This document shows positions 62,514 to 64,000 of a DNA stretch of 64,000 nt, in pieces. This stretch comes from Tubulanus polymorphus (lineage: Eukaryota; Animalia; Nemertea). The position numbers and the translations under genes were made by a program. The DNA is taken from assembly GCF_964204645.1 (NCBI RefSeq), contig NC_134032.1, positions 7,428,275 through 7,492,274 on the forward strand, written 5' to 3'. Every line of letters starts with the position of its first letter. Position 1 is the first letter of the stretch. The notes beneath the pieces are model-generated. The model was not told the DNA's origin, searched no databases, and was given only the letters and a program-made list of their open reading frames with translations.

Positions 62514-63263
62514 TTACTCTTTACATCTTATAACTAATTCATAAATTACAGGAAAGTTATTCAAATCAATTAAGTATCCATTATGATTTCTAATTTCTAA
62601 TCTAAAATTATAAGGAATACAAGGTTTGAAATCACATTCAGCTAAATTATAATTTATTTGCGTTCCAAATTGTTTAACATTTTTTAATGGTAAAATATTT
62701 AATATACTAGAATTACAAATTGTATCTTTAGTTGCTTCGAAAGTTTTTGTAGGCTCGATTAAATTGCAATAAATATAAAAGTGTGTAAAAGGTATTATGT
62801 TTGTATAAGTATCAATATTTGAATAATGTCTATCCGTAAGAATTCCAAACAGTTTAGCTAAAGGTTTTCTTACTAGAAATCTATGTTGTTCATTAGTTAA
62901 CTTTATTCTTATTTTATTCGAACTATCACTTTTGATGAATTTAATTTCAAATCGAGCAGCTGAGCCCATTTTTAAACGAGCTCTTTTATTAATTTCTTGC
63001 GCTAATGTTTCTAAATTATATAATCCTGGTTTGAGATAAAGATGAAACCATTTATTCAAATTTCTATCATAAATCTTAAAAGCTAAATGATCAAGACTTT
63101 TATTCGATATATTATGAAAAGAATTACATAAACTTATATTAACTAATTTTAAATCTACACAATTCTTAAATTCTCTATCTAATTGTACTAATAAATTATG
63201 TGATTTATAATTTGTAAGTTTTCTAGAATCTACAAATATTCTGTATTCTTTTAATTCTACCAT
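62514..63263 (-). CDS. Minor capsid protein (penton, single jelly-roll)
   Basis: IFVDSR, LVNISL.NSFHNIS, LKPGLYN, LAKLFGI, FYIYCNLIE, LEIRNHNGYLIDLNNFPVIYEL. Confidence 0.85.
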   Translation of the reverse strand: MVELKEYRIFVDSRKLTNYKSHNLLVQLDREFKNCVDLKLVNISLCNSFHNISNKSLDHLAFKIYDRNLNKWFHLYLKPGLYNLETLAQEINKRARLKMGSAARFEIKFIKSDSSNKIRIKLTNEQHRFLVRKPLAKLFGILTDRHYSNIDTYTNIIPFTHFYIYCNLIEPTKTFEATKDTICNSSILNILPLKNVKQFGTQINYNLAECDFKPCIPYNFRLEIRNHNGYLIDLNNFPVIYELVIRCKE

Positions 63264-63280
63264 TTATTTTACATATTTTC

Positions 63281-63634
63281 TCATTCGAAATCTATTTCAT
63301 GGTGCCCCTTTTCATTCTTACCTTTGTATACGAAATAGAAATCTCCAGAACATAATTCTTCTAAATCTTCACTTGATAATCTATGAAATCTATCCGGTAA
63401 ATATGTTCTGAATTTATATGTATTTCCTTTTAATCCTTCATATTCTAAGTGTATAACTAATTTATCTCCATATTTGTTAGTAACTGTAACAATATTTGTA
63501 ATTAGATATTTCTTATGGATTGTTAATTCTGTAAACTTTTTGAATTTATAATCTACAGATTTTACATTTGTAGTATCTTTAATTCTATCAAGAAATAATT
63601 TGTTGTTCTCACTGTGCGCTTGTTTACTCTCCAT
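63281..63634 (-). CDS. Small beta-rich protein next to pPolB, possible ssDNA-binding protein
   Basis: FKKFTEL..KKYLI..VTNKYG..LVIHL..TYLPDRF..FVYKGK; the function is inferred. Confidence 0.7.
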   Translation of the reverse strand: MESKQAHSENNKLFLDRIKDTTNVKSVDYKFKKFTELTIHKKYLITNIVTVTNKYGDKLVIHLEYEGLKGNTYKFRTYLPDRFHRLSSEDLEELCSGDFYFVYKGKNEKGHHEIDFE

Positions 63635-63663
63635 TTTAATAACATATTTTTATTAAAATTTGA

Positions 63664-64000
63664 TTAACACGTTAGAATTCTTTTCATTATCTCGTTCTCT
63701 TTTGTTTCTTCTCTTTTAAATTTTAAGTATTCATCTAAATTGCAACCATAAGCAACTGTATGAATTCCATCATCTAAAATATATCTTTTATCATCAAATG
63801 GGTTTAGACTTATCTTTTCAATTTCTTCAATAAACATTTCATGATCTTCAGATCTTAAACATCTCATCTTATGTTTTCTAACTTCTTCTTTGAGTATACA
63901 ATTGATGTAATCTTTGAAATGAATATTCTTTTCTGCTACACTTTTGGTTATTCCTTTTAACTTTTTACTTCATGTTCCTTAGTTTTATATGAATACATTT
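63664..64000 (-). CDS. Protein-primed family B DNA polymerase, C-terminal part (5' part outside the window; 1-nt frameshift at 63962-63966)
   Basis: MYSY..EVK/KLKGITK..HFKDYINC..LRS..KISLNPFDDKRYILDDGIHTVAYG. Confidence 0.92.

Larger units (their letters stand above)
51955..64000. mobile_element. Polinton/Maverick (adintovirus-like) endogenous virus, continues beyond the window
   Basis: Abrupt switch to very AT-rich, intronless, gene-dense DNA with integrase, ATPase, MCP, mCP and pPolB. The left end (5'-AG at 51955, followed by CTTCACTTT repeats) is a candidate only. Confidence 0.95.

Noticed and set aside
52057-64000. Alternative genetic code in the Polinton
   Set aside because: Only isolated TAA and TGA interruptions occur, and most genes end normally in TAA, TAG or TGA.
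51955-64000. Bacterial or phage contamination, or a chimeric join
   Set aside because: The gene set (rve-chromo integrase, pPolB, jelly-roll capsids) is that of eukaryotic Polintons, and it starts within an intron-like context.

Overview
This is eukaryotic (metazoan) genomic DNA; the repeat families suggest a marine invertebrate, which is an inference. The window is dominated by mobile elements. (1) A complete 10.5-kb CACTG-terminated EnSpm/CACTA-type transposon (8804-19338, 12-bp TIRs, TA target duplication) has two apparently intact spliced genes that can share one first exon. One is a 4x C2H2 + DDE transposase. The other is a second protein with a CIDE-N-like N-terminal domain. (2) One probable host gene (35143-36342, minus strand) and candidate non-coding first exons, one beside an RFX X-box. 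(3) LINE, SINE and MITE relics and satellites. (4) A nested pile from about 47.7 kb: a Chapaev-like transposase relic, a CR1/L2-group LINE fragment, a 30-bp minisatellite and a decayed OTU+PHD gene. (5) The left 12 kb of an AT-rich Polinton/Maverick (adintovirus-like) provirus, with an HNH nuclease, rve-chromo integrase, A32-like ATPase, major and minor capsid proteins, the pPolB C-terminus and a block of membrane proteins. The most striking signal is that 11 of the 16 visible proviral gene starts are exactly TAAATG, often behind a T-run. This is the poxvirus late-promoter architecture and suggests a poxvirus/NCLDV-dependent, virophage-like lifestyle. All family assignments come from motif recognition by eye; no database search was run.
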